Positions 40,401 to 45,900 of a stretch of 64,000 nt of DNA are shown piece after piece. The position numbers were made by a program, and so were the translations under genes. Positions within the stretch are counted from its first letter, which is position 1; each line of letters begins with the position of its first letter. This stretch comes from Candidatus Didemnitutus sp. (lineage in GTDB: Bacteria > Verrucomicrobiota > Verrucomicrobiia > Opitutales > Opitutaceae): contig JAYRJE010000015.1 of assembly GCA_041906465.1 (NCBI GenBank), positions 105,340 to 169,339 on the forward strand. The letters run 5' to 3'. The notes below the pieces were generated by a model. That model was not told the origin of the DNA. It did not search any database and saw nothing but the letters and a program-made list of their open reading frames with translations.

Positions 40401-42821
40401 CGCCAGTTCGCCACGCCCGGTCAGAACTTCGCCCTGACGCTCGCGGTCAGTGGCAACGGGCCGCTCAGCTACCAATGGTTGCGCGCCAACCGGCCGCTCG
40501 CCGGCGCCACCAGCGCGACGCTGACGCTGCCGAGCTTCACGGCGGCCGATGCCGGACCGTATACGCTGGTCGTCACCGACGCGACCAACGTCACCGCGCG
40601 GCGCACGATCTTTGTGCTGCCGCGATTCCCCGCCACGCGGATCGTCGGCTGGGGACGCAACGATCTCGGCCAGGCCTCCGCTCCGGCCACCGTGCTCGAT
40701 GCCGTGGCGCTCGCCGCCGGCGAGCGCCACTCGCTGGCGTTGCGCGGCGACGGTTCGGTCACCGGCTGGGGCAGCAATCTGCAGGGACAAACCACCCTGC
40801 CCACCGGGCTTGCCTCCGCCGTCGCCCTCGCGGCCGGACCGATGCACAGTTTTGCGCTCAATGCCGATGGCACGGTGGTGGGCTGGGGCGCCGCGGCGGT
40901 CGGCGTCGTGACCGGCGGCTCGGGCTATCGCAACCTCATCGCCCTCTCGGCCGGTGCGAACCTGGCGGCCGGATTGCGCGACGATGGCTCGGTGGTGGGC
41001 TGGGGTTCCTCCTACGGCTATTCCACCGTGCCGACGCTCACCGATGCGATCGCCGTGGCGGCGGGTTCGGACCACGCGGTGGCGTTGCGCCTCAACGGCA
41101 CGGTCGTCGCCTGGGGCGACAACACCCAGGGCCAGACCAACGTGCCGGCCGGACTCGGCGGCGTGACCGCGATCGCGGCCGGTTATCGCCACACGCTCGC
41201 GCTCAAGGCTGATGGCACCGTGGTGGCGTGGGGGCAGAACCACCTCGGCCAAGCGACCCCGCCGGCACTCAGCAACATCGTGGCCGTTTGCGCGGGAGGC
41301 GATTGGAGTGCCGCCCGGAACGCCACCGGCCAGTGGACGGTGTGGGGCGACACCGCCCAGGCGACCGTGGGCGCCGCGAGCAACCTCGGGCCGCTGCTGT
41401 CCACCTCCAGCAGCGCCTATCACACGCTGGCTCTGGTGGACACCACCGCGTTGCACCTGCCCCTCATCACCGAGCACCCGCAGGGTGAAATCGCGTCGGC
41501 CGGCGCCACGATTCGTTTGCGCGTGGTTGCCACGGGCAACGGCACGCTGCGCTACCAATGGTATCGTGACGCGGTGGCGCTGAGTGACGACGCCCGCCTC
41601 ACCGGCTGCCAGACGGCCGCGCTCGAACTCACCGGCTTCTCGCCCGCCGACGTGGGCAACTACTCCGTCGTCGTGAGCGACGCCGAAGGCGCGGTGCGCA
41701 GCGTGCGGGCTCCGCTCAGCTTCGCGCTCGGTGCGCAGACGATCAACTTCCCGGCGCTGGCCGATCGGACCTACGGCCCGGCCGTGATCACGTTGGCCGC
41801 CAGTGCGAGCTCCGGCCTGCCGGTGAGTTTCGCCGTGGTGTCGGGCCCCGCAATCGTCGAGGGCGATCAACTCACGCTCACCGGCAGCGGGACGGTGGTG
41901 ATCCGCGCCGCCCAAGGCGGTGATGCGAGCTATGCGCTCGCGAGTCCGGTGGAGCGATCGTTCGCGGTGGCGCGCGCCGCCGCCACGGTGATGTTGTCGA
42001 ACCTCGTGCGCGCTTACAGCGGCGCCGCGCAGGCGATCGTGGCCACGACGGATCCGCAAAACCTGTCGTTGCGAATCCGCTATGACGGCCGCGTCGAGGC
42101 CCCCAGCGCCGCCGGCATCTATTCGGTTTTCGTCAGCGTCGACGACCCGCGCTATGTCGGTTCGGCGGCGGGCACGCTCGAGATCACCGGCAGCGCGCAA
42201 ACCATCACCTTCGCTCCGATCGGGCCCCGCGCCCTGTCGGCGGGCGACGTCTCGCTCGTGGCGAGCGCCTCCTCCGGTTTGTCCGTCACCTTCAGTCTCG
42301 TGAGCGGCCCGGCGCGTCTCGCGGGCAATCAGGTGGTGCTCACCGGTCCGGGCACCGTGACCGTGCGCGCGTCCCAGGCGGGCAACGCGAACTACTTCGC
42401 CGCGCCCGAGGTGGAGCGTGTGTTTGTCGTCGTGACCGGCTTTGCCGGCTGGCAGGCGATCCATTTCAGCAGCGAAGAACTCGCGCTGCCGGCCCTCGCC
42501 GGTCCCAATGCCGATCCGGACGCGGATGGCCTCGGCAACTTGATGGAATACGCGCTCGGCTCCGATCCGCGCGCCAGTTCGTCGGCGCCGGCGCCGGCGG
42601 TTGGCGCGACGGCCACCGATTGGACGTTCACCTACACGCGCCCCAGCGACCGTCTCGATCTGGGCTACACGGTCGAATGCTCGCCGAATCTCACCGCATG
42701 GAGCAGCACGGGTGTGACGCACACGCTCGTGTCGAGCAGCGATGGGTTCGAAACCTGGCGGGCCACCGCTCCGCTCCGCTCGTCGCCGACCTGCTTCTTC
42801 CGGTTGGTGGTGACACACTGA
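22458..42821 (+). CDS. Giant secreted/surface protein (6787 aa): N-terminal metzincin protease, Ig, 13 RCC1/BLIP-II-like propeller blocks with Ig pairs, MBG-like and QTITF domains, shared C-terminal domain
   Basis: N-terminal hydrophobic segment; HELGHNLALSH (23391-23423) and Met-turn WGPIMG; He_PIG-like Ig (GLPPGVSVDPATGLLSGRPT); repeated 'AIAAGxxHxLALRADGTVVAWG' blades; MBG-like segment near 41970-42190. Confidence 0.88.
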   Translation: MKPFRIVALLIAVLALAFAWRAVSRRCVATPGPSSASAVVSPAAAPVAVASTIPPAPAASAAAAGVPALFGARGAVTLDEVPAGRFREQLRQLTPTARAQAFAALEHLRIPYNDVGSLVADADGQLYYEYAREPAVVEAPLAAMPVASATSVAITAPPVRHSRPGASRVLYLDFNGHDVANTAWNVANPTAGRPAVETYACRPYDTDGNATTFNEAEQAQIVEIWQRVAEDYSAFDVDVTTEEPAVFTAQTLRALITRTVDAAGVANPSSATASGAAYINIYGQSYSATYQPAFVYYDVLSSPASIAEVVAHELGHNLALSHDGTSTAQYYGGHGTGELSWGPIMGAPFSRRVTQWSKGDYYEANNPQDDLALIAARLTLRMDVASNSLATATPAPNTGNDVSVTDVIRAADESHYHRVVTAAGRIGFTASPTSYGNSDLRLELLDSGGNALALDDPAGARIGGVFTANPVPAGIYYLKVTASGTGTPLANPPSGYTSYGSIGQYTLTGSVVAGPPVIVSGSTTSVGVGHEFLYQIVAAGDANAFGAAGLPPGVSVDPATGLLSGRPTATGVYSITLSATNTVGTGTAPLTLTVSAAAPAVIATSSSYTVLAPGGSTTLSATGFSVNGAISYQWFRNGRAIAGATNSSCVAAAGPNGGYDAYWLEATNTIGTTRGAPFFVRAAPAHTRVQAWNATSSGTPPTIPAGLGRVVDVAAGGSLALAARADGRVAAWGALSEVASLGANVVAVVAGNSYAAALRADGTVAVVGTGSTDSLVLTVPAGLRDVVAIAAGSFHLLALKTDGTVVTWGIDNYGLLTVPANLANVVAVAAGGYRSVALQADGTVVSWGYNATTMPPALAGVIALATSDSRSVVLKSGGTTVAWGNSASAAPRLLPEGSRLIAGVDRFYAVLPDGTLFAWAAGLSAGPMPANLAGVVTVSGGSSTVLAIVDGAGDAAPSVTASPVSVLRAVGDSCTFTVTANGPGELAYQWRKGGVPLPAATAASLVLPAVQLADAGVYDVVVSNHVGATASAAATLSVEPPPSVTSAPAALLSVEAGAPLTLSVAATSAHGPLSYQWKKGTTAIPGATSSTYTIPAFSAADAGVYVLEITDAHGLRTRHLSFVRPTVARTQVVVWGQPGNGPAATLPLLSDAVQFHGNYGTGIVVRADGSAKVWGYMAGKIDPLLAERRDIVDAATGSGPLYTLHADGRVRTWGSNGFVGTEPARDVVALSGDNGTVAALLADGTVRIVSSSSSVSVPAGLTDVVAIAAGSSHVLALRREGTVVAFGGNYSGQCDVPAGLTGVTAIAAATDHSVALKADGQVVAWGRNSSYTPATVPADLGPVTAIAAGTSYTLARGADGSLRLWGNPGAAFTTVPQPSDGIRTIGDAYGNPFFIRAASTDSAPAIAAPPVAIVTGSGVPQRFTVRASGAGPFRYQWRKNGVAIAGATQSFLDLIDPQPADAASYDVVVSNHIGSVTSAAAALTLVTPPTITTPPPRRFLAVAGQAVRLTVTASSAYGGPLSYQWKKNNRPIAGATATVFELPAFARTDAGAYTVEVTDTRGAVSRATTFVVPDFDRTQLRPWNVGTVAVPELAEVQSLWPNLLALGRAGELIAWDYYSTQPSASLPRDRSPYVAVAASYSEDGFALAADGTVSGWGNSAASVARNVPANLRGVIALSRTANDGLALCSDGRVYRWGYQRGLSAFAADTGPVSALVAGDGFLLLLRADGTVLTLPIDDSVNVPAVPANVSGVVAIAAGNAHCLALKSDGTVVAWGSNSSRQCDVPAGLSGVVAIGGNYDRSYALTADGTLRMWGGGSASVAVAPAEYGRIVDFVGYSSGAWILRDANADAAPLISVQPVGGLRAAGSWHTFRVTATGSGTLSYQWRRDGVAIAGATQSAFTLNAVQLTDAGRYDVVVTNYAGRAISAPATLDVASPPVLNAVAGSRRVVDPGTAVTLTFTVESVAGPVTLQWKKNNRPLPGATTATLSLSSFAADDAGAYTLEATDRRGIVSRSTIFALPAAATVVRTWGANTAGQTTLPAVDLTRALAVAANGDASYALCADGTVAAWGQMSAYDNPRVRVPSGLANVVAIAAGANSALALRADGSVTAWSATATLSVPPAVRGIIAVAAHAALNAALGADGSIVYWTNNSAEATVLPPAASPYVAIAVGEAHVLALRADGTVAAWATGSSASAAATVPAALTNGVALAAGGRQSLALRADGSVVTWGDNAGAQALGAGDGLAIAAGSSIAGAVLADRSVAVWPASSAVAKAVPADLVNVQQIALGSAHGVALVTAAGAAPAITRGPLSVTRAAGDVVVFDVVATGAGLRYQWRKEGTPIAGATASSLVLSPLTEADAATYDVIVVNATGAAVSPTATLTIAAGPQVTSAPPARVAVVPGTRVTLEAAATSAHGPITYRWKKDNRPLPDATAPALALGEFTPAQAGAYTLEITDARGVTTRVTSFVLPVRTRTQLRLFGDAGYVSLNNPLPAGLGDNVVSAALNDSRIVVLRTDGTVAQWEPANSAQVVTVPGLTNVVAVAVNGGSNFALRADGTVWGWGYSFASPTPVAGLSDIIGLVPTGGPMLALRANGTLVEWGSNGNFKAYAPTTVTGAFAATGARLGDVVACSASGDSAYTALAVRLDGSVVGWTANAGSSSVVPGAAAVRDAVRVANAGYTGLAVRADGLIQSWGEQAANLNQAFAGGVTTEAKISTNLALALRADGSVAAWQGGSNVTAGVPAGPFGAFGIAVGFNRALVLRETTGDTVPTVLVPPAGQMLALGSNATFTVTAGGPAPYAYQWRKDGVPISGATQATLVVPAVTLVDVGGYDVVISNHVGSVTSAVARLRVGSAEIFATQPAARQIVAAGTPVTLAFTLRDPQPGDAARWQFNNRPIPGATGLTYAIPAVTAETAGAYTLIVTRTDNTVVRRTTFVQRRPGATRLAAWGKDDYAQARPPVTIGDALAIAAGEMHGLALREDGTVVAWGYNGSGQCTVPANLRDVVAIAAGSSHSLALRADGTVVQWGSGTTVPANVQDVVAISAGGSRSAALKSDGTVVVWGGYGFTDVVPPTDLTAIAVGVDHVVGLKQDGAVVAWALASIYSGQTTVPAGLGRALAIDASSAQSGALGADGRLYVWGSGGGAVALGATTFTAFDCGPNFGVARRSGGGVLVWGDNTYNQRTVPATLGDPLALATGSGFVLALCNAEGDSAPTITEQPADITTSAGNRVQLRVVATGPGTLAYQWRLAGNPIAGATQPTLTLSEIGSAQAGSYDVVVSNHVGVTTSRTATVSLVMPPEFSTRPAARIVATLDQPLSLEGNATSAFGPIAYRWKKNNRPIPGANTATLALPNFTVEDAGAYTLEATDTRGLVARSTSFVLPDYGRTELVHFGSPSSVSVLPAEIADAISVVTNGAYAAALRRDGTVAVWGSGSVVTGKPAGLSNVVALAAGSDSILALRADGTVVGWGSSYYNLFNPPAAVRDVIALAHGGNVALAVRSDGTVVGWGSNYSSSATLLPVPTWPDDIASVATNGSAALAVTANGALVGWGERGYGQTRPPNEVGAVVAAAVGYYHSLVLQDDGALVAWGSSSSGMVSVPAGRFRKIATSDYRAAAVRRDGTLAVWGNNYGYGENTPPANTGNFIDVALSGSNTLALRRAIGDALPVIVTSPRATVAARGGEVSLSVVATSARTLSYQWRRNGVELAGANAATLTLKDLTDAAAGDYDVVVRNAAGAVTSAVATLTLETAPVLTTAPDARQLVALGASRTLAFTCASEHPPLAYRWKKNNRVLAGQTTATLTLANFTAADAGAYTLEVTDALGLLTRATTFVLPDYGRTQIRVWGYDSEILRQAPLTLTDALSFSLTSRNVAALRADGTIAIWGASYSIASPPAGLNDAVAFAMRDADALALRKNGTVVAWGNYGGAPAGLRDVIAIAVGDNARLALRSDGTVVSWSRYSSSESTPPEGLRDVSAIAAGSNGYLALKVDGTIVAWGNASAALPAGLTGVVAIDAYGSVFSALKSDGTLVRWGGAAFASNLPPLRAVSLGDSAYAIGQALDGSLVGVGMPGNNYGQTQIPANLGSVPAFAAGPYHVVALRDANADVAPLLTTEPGSVVLNPGVRHSFSVTASGAGPLSYQWFKNGVAIAGATSAVLTLPDVGASDVGDYTVRITNHVGARVSAPASLRLLAAPQFTVRPARRIAAVVGAPVSLQATVVGAAPESGALRYQWKKDNRAIAGATGPQFNLPAFALADAGAYTLEVTDALGAVARHTTFVLPTGLVTQVRTWGNTSFNAPVTLNDAWKVFAAGSNGGLALRSNGQVAYWGTDTTPFPVGLGHVADLAVGSNGAAIALRDDQTLVSPAAPPPASATEVVAVAAGTSHFLALRADGRVVGWAINNSDSYGAATVPAGLQDVVAIAAYGSTSAALTAAGNVVVWGYRSAAAVPQNFNGATDLALGNSHALARRPDGTVVGWALDYSYSGEATPPSDLGAVSRVFAGAAVSFAVKPDGSVRAWGSTSYALVPVPTDLANVIHLSVGSSSALAVRLAAADAAPQIVASPQSQNLSVGASLVLSVAVSGTGPFSYQWRRDGNVLSGATAGAFSIASLTPGDAGSYDVVVTNHRGSATSAAARITLASPPTIVTPVIRRTGVTRGQAVTLSVSATTDDGPLRYRWKKNNRLIGGATGATYSIPSATLGDSGAYTVEVFDAAGRVRRSTGFVAVAPAASQLIAFGYSNPRNADTTFRQLTGPLLAAVDGSAHSLALKADGTVAAWGYDSYGVTAVPAGLADVVAIAASGDYSLVLKSDGKVVYWGYPYGGPKDVPAGLDEVIAISAAPGYALALRADGTVAMWGTTSTTLTVPAGLADVVSIFAAPEYALATKADGSVVVWGSPGSTQASAASSQSGLRRTLGSSSAALGLKLDGTVVGWGSNSYSQLSIPGDLNQVADLAMGNYHAVALKSDGSLVAWGYNYNGGETAVPAGLTSAYAISVYGSRTLVLRDASADAAPTITGSPQSVDVTEGASASFTVTASGVGSLRYQWRRNGVAITGATASTLTLNPATPEWAGTYDVVVSNHVGAASSAAATLTVRALPRVAPVGSRRIIAGVGASAQLTVSASGTGALGYQWRRNGVAIAGATGATLALPALTRADAGWYVCAVTDANGTRLAAPQWIFVVPSRTQVVGWGANSSRQADAPATVNDAIALAAGETGSLAVRRDGSVLTWGSTGALPPATATLAGVVGASIGNAQSLTLHDDGTVRVWGSYSTPTFPSGEPFVAVASSGGLNVALRADGTAVSWNYYSTALSIPSEAVGLAAVAAGESFVVGLKGDGTVVQWGSPPQAAPAGLAGVRAIATGSAHALALRSDGTVVAWGSNSNGACDVPADLSGVVAISATRSTSFAVKADGTVVAWGGNANQERALPAELRAVQAMASASNASHALVLRDLADDTAPVVTPLPATFITAAGEAVSLIATASGAGPFAYQWKRNGVALPGATANTLLLDPITDALAGDYTVTVTNHVGATQSSAATVIVETGPRFTSRPSARIIGPTGASLTLSGAASGPFAPITYQWNKDNRPIPGATSGTLTIDNFTNAQAGAYTLVATDAHGHRALATTFVLPDYGTTQLRSFDTAPPMDLGPVVDFATTSYGSVAVRRDGSLAAWGSSVSTPPGGITDAVRVAQAGSVALALRADGSVIAWGSNGDVVSVSARAVNVVAIATSSTHALALRADGTVVAWGQNNLGQCNVPAGLTDVVAVAATVNASGAVKADGSVVLWGGSSEIVKVPPASLSGVTRLVFGDNHALALRTDGTVVAWGQTGSQLSVPAGLAGVTDIAAGYYSSYAIDGAGDLRGWGNTVSLSDVTGPALRIAAGSYGFAVLRDSSRDTAPTITTQPADMNPGSNYSATFSVAVSGSGPFSYQWRREGTPIAGATYAWLNLYSPFDAQVGRYDVVVTNHVGSVTSTTARLSVGAVTTGPVIEAPAAGLRQFATPGQNFALTLAVSGNGPLSYQWLRANRPLAGATSATLTLPSFTAADAGPYTLVVTDATNVTARRTIFVLPRFPATRIVGWGRNDLGQASAPATVLDAVALAAGERHSLALRGDGSVTGWGSNLQGQTTLPTGLASAVALAAGPMHSFALNADGTVVGWGAAAVGVVTGGSGYRNLIALSAGANLAAGLRDDGSVVGWGSSYGYSTVPTLTDAIAVAAGSDHAVALRLNGTVVAWGDNTQGQTNVPAGLGGVTAIAAGYRHTLALKADGTVVAWGQNHLGQATPPALSNIVAVCAGGDWSAARNATGQWTVWGDTAQATVGAASNLGPLLSTSSSAYHTLALVDTTALHLPLITEHPQGEIASAGATIRLRVVATGNGTLRYQWYRDAVALSDDARLTGCQTAALELTGFSPADVGNYSVVVSDAEGAVRSVRAPLSFALGAQTINFPALADRTYGPAVITLAASASSGLPVSFAVVSGPAIVEGDQLTLTGSGTVVIRAAQGGDASYALASPVERSFAVARAAATVMLSNLVRAYSGAAQAIVATTDPQNLSLRIRYDGRVEAPSAAGIYSVFVSVDDPRYVGSAAGTLEITGSAQTITFAPIGPRALSAGDVSLVASASSGLSVTFSLVSGPARLAGNQVVLTGPGTVTVRASQAGNANYFAAPEVERVFVVVTGFAGWQAIHFSSEELALPALAGPNADPDADGLGNLMEYALGSDPRASSSAPAPAVGATATDWTFTYTRPSDRLDLGYTVECSPNLTAWSSTGVTHTLVSSSDGFETWRATAPLRSSPTCFFRLVVTH

Positions 42822-42842
42822 TGCCATTTTTCTGATGGCGTC
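42820..42842 (+). terminator. Possible terminator hairpin after the 6787-aa gene
   Basis: GATGCCAT-(7 nt)-ATGGCGTC, an 8-bp stem with one G.U pair, right at the stop codon. No clear U-tract follows. Confidence 0.25.
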
Positions 42843-42922
42843 CGCTTTCGCCTTGCCTACGCCTTAGCTCGCCGAAGCGCACGTTGACGTGAGGGCCCGC
42901 CGGCTAAGCGAGGATAGGAAGC

Positions 42923-45900
42923 GTGAATCGCCCCAGCCCCAGCGTCAGTGCACACACCCCAGCGCTCAGTCAGTGTCGCTGGAGCAGAGTGCTACTATTC
43001 CTCTGGCTGGCCGCGCCAGCTCTCGCTCCGGCCGCCATCACCGGTTTGAGCTGGCGAAATAGCTCGGCGAGCAGCTCAAGCGTGCTCTCCACCGTCGAAG
43101 CCGGGCAGACGGTTTATGCCCGGGTGAACGCGACAAACATGTCCGGGCAGACCGTTTCCGTGACGGTCATGGAAAAGGACACCTTTGCCAACGACACGAT
43201 CCAGACGCTCTCAGTTACCATTAACTCGTCCGGCTACGGCACGGCAGCGTGGACGGCGAAGTGGACGGACGACGGTGTCGGCGGTGGCGATCCGGAGTAT
43301 ATCTTGCGGGCTAGCGGAGCGAGCGACTCGGCGCAGCTGAGCGTGACCGACAAGACGGGCCCAGGTGCGCCGGCGCTGAGTTCGCCGAGCGATGCGGCAA
43401 CGGTGACAGCCAGTTCGGTGGCATTCAGTTGGGGCGCGTCGAGCGACTCAGCGAGCGGCAGCGGATTCCGCGATTACACGCTCGAGTGGGCGAACAACAG
43501 CGCCTTCAGCTCCTCAACCCGCCGCACCGGACTGACGACGACCAGCTACACCGATACGGTCACTGCGGACGGAACCTATTACTGGCGCGTCTACGCCTAC
43601 GACAAGCTGGGCAATGCCACCGTGAGTTCGCCCGCGAGTCGCAGCTTCACGCGATCGACGCCGCGCATCACCGGGTTGAGCTGGCGGAACGGGTCGTCCA
43701 GTAGCGCGTCGACGCTCAGCACCATCGAGGCAGGGCAAACGGTCTATGTCCGCGTCGATGCCACCGGCATGGCGAGCTCGACGGTGCTGGTGACCATTCT
43801 GGAAAATGATCCGATTTCCAACGACACGATCCAGACGCTCTCAGTTACCATTAACTCGTCCGGCTATGGCACGGCGGCGTGGACGGCGAAGTGGACGGAC
43901 GACGGTGTCGGCGGTGGCGATCCGGAGTATATCTTGCGGGCCAGCGGAGCGAGCGACTCCGCGCAATTGAGCGTGACCGACAAGACGGGCCCGAGTGCGC
44001 CGGCGCTGAGTTCGCCGAGCGATGCGGCAACGGTGACAGCCAGTTCGGTGGCATTCAGTTGGGGCGCGTCGAGCGACTCAGCGAGCGGCAGCGGATTCCG
44101 CGATTACACGCTCGAGTGGGCGAACAACAGCGCCTTCAGCTCCTCAACCCGCCGCACCGGACTGACGACGACCAGCTACACCGATACGGTCACTGCGGAC
44201 GGAACCTATTACTGGCGCGTCTACGCCTACGACAAGCTGGGCAACTCAACCGTGAGTTCGCCCGCGAGTCGCAGTTTTATCCGCCTCACACCGCGCATCA
44301 CTGCACTCAGCTGGCGCAGTGCCGCAACGACGAGCGCGCCGACCTTGGCGTCGGTTCGCGCCGGTCAAACGGCGGTGATCCGCATCGACTCCGTCGGTAT
44401 GGCGGGCGGCAATGTTTCCGTGTCGGTCTACGAATCGGACCCCTTGGCGGATGATTTCGTGGAAACGATCAACGTCCCGATTGGCGCGGACGGCGTTGGT
44501 TTCGCGAATTGGGCCGCGCGCTGGCTGGATGACGGCGTAGGCGGTGGCGATCCGGAGTTTCTGCTGCGCGTCGCCGGTGTGGCAGATTCGGCGCTGCTCA
44601 CGGTCACGCCGTCGACGGGTGCGATCGCCGCGTCGCTCCGGGCGCTCAGCGAAACGCAGCCCGATCCGGCCCGCTTGAGCATCATGGTCGAGGAAACCGG
44701 GCAGGAAAAATTCGGCGCGGGCATCGCGACTCCGGTGCGCTTCGAGGATCTGGCGCCCGGAACCTATCATGTCACCGGCAAATACCAGAGCCAAACCGGA
44801 CACACGGAATACTGGAGTTGGAAGCGCAGCTACACCGTGGCGGCCGGTGCGACCACGGCGGCACCGCTGATTCGAAATTTGCCCTACGTGCGGGCGGTGG
44901 AGTTCGCGGCGGTCGACGCCGCAGGCGCGGAACGCATTCTGGGTGCGGGCGACAGCGTGAATCCCGGGAGCACCGTCAAGGCACGCTTGTTGCTCGCGAA
45001 TCCCACCGGATCGGCCGCGGCAGTGCGGTGGACGTTGGCACTCGACCGATTGCGGGACGCAACGAACGATGTGGTGCGCACCGGAACCACGACGATCGCC
45101 GGCGCGGCGACCGATACGACGGTCGAAGCGACTGTCAGTTTGTCCGATCTGGGCTCCTATTCGTATTTCGTAACTCTTGAGACTGACCTTGAAGGTTTCC
45201 GCTACACGGATTCGTGGAGCTGGAACTCCTCGTTCGGTGTGTTTTCCGTGCCGCCGCCGCAGGTCTCGATCTGGCCGCTTCTGCCCATTGCGCTGCGGAC
45301 AGGAGAATCGTCGACGATCACAATCAAGGTCATGCATCAGCAGGGCGACCAGATGGTCAATTCAAGTGGCGCGTCGGTGCAGGTTTTCGATGCTTTTGTG
45401 GGCGCGACGCCGATCGCGCTCCCGCTGACCGACGCCAATGGCGAGACGAGCTACAAGGTCACCGCTTCCGGTCGCACGGTGGCGGTCGACGCTACCGAGG
45501 ATTTGGCGATTCGGGTGGTGGCCTCCCGTCCGGGCGGTGGTGTCGCGGAGACCACCAAGCGTGTGCGTCTGCACAATCCGAAATTCGGCGTCACGGCGGT
45601 GACGCATGGCTATTTGCCCGGAGCCGGAACGGCGCCGGGATGGCTCTACGACCTGGCGATCGCGGTGCTCAACCGGGCGGGACGCGGCAAACTATGGCTG
45701 ATGAGTTTCGAGGAGAGCGGCGTCACCACCTTGACGCGGCTGAGTCTCACCGGCGCGGAGCAACGGGCGACCTCCGAGAAATTCTCGCCGCAATTCGTCG
45801 AGGGTTCCGATGCTTCCGCCGACGCGAGCAACCCGGCAAAGATCGGCGAACAGGTGATCATTTACCACTGGGGCACCTACGCCAACAACACCCTGGCCTC

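Noticed and set aside
9407-42827. Very long antisense ORFs opposite the giant genes (e.g. 18719-22192, 26538-30041, 32400-37136, 37140-42827)
   Set aside because: Arg/Gly/Ala-rich low-complexity translations with no motifs. These are the expected stop-poor shadow frames of GC-rich, codon-biased sense genes.
42884-42910. Sigma70-like TTGACG ... TAAGCG upstream of the 1757-aa gene
   Set aside because: 15-bp spacer and a weak -10; not supportable without TSS data.
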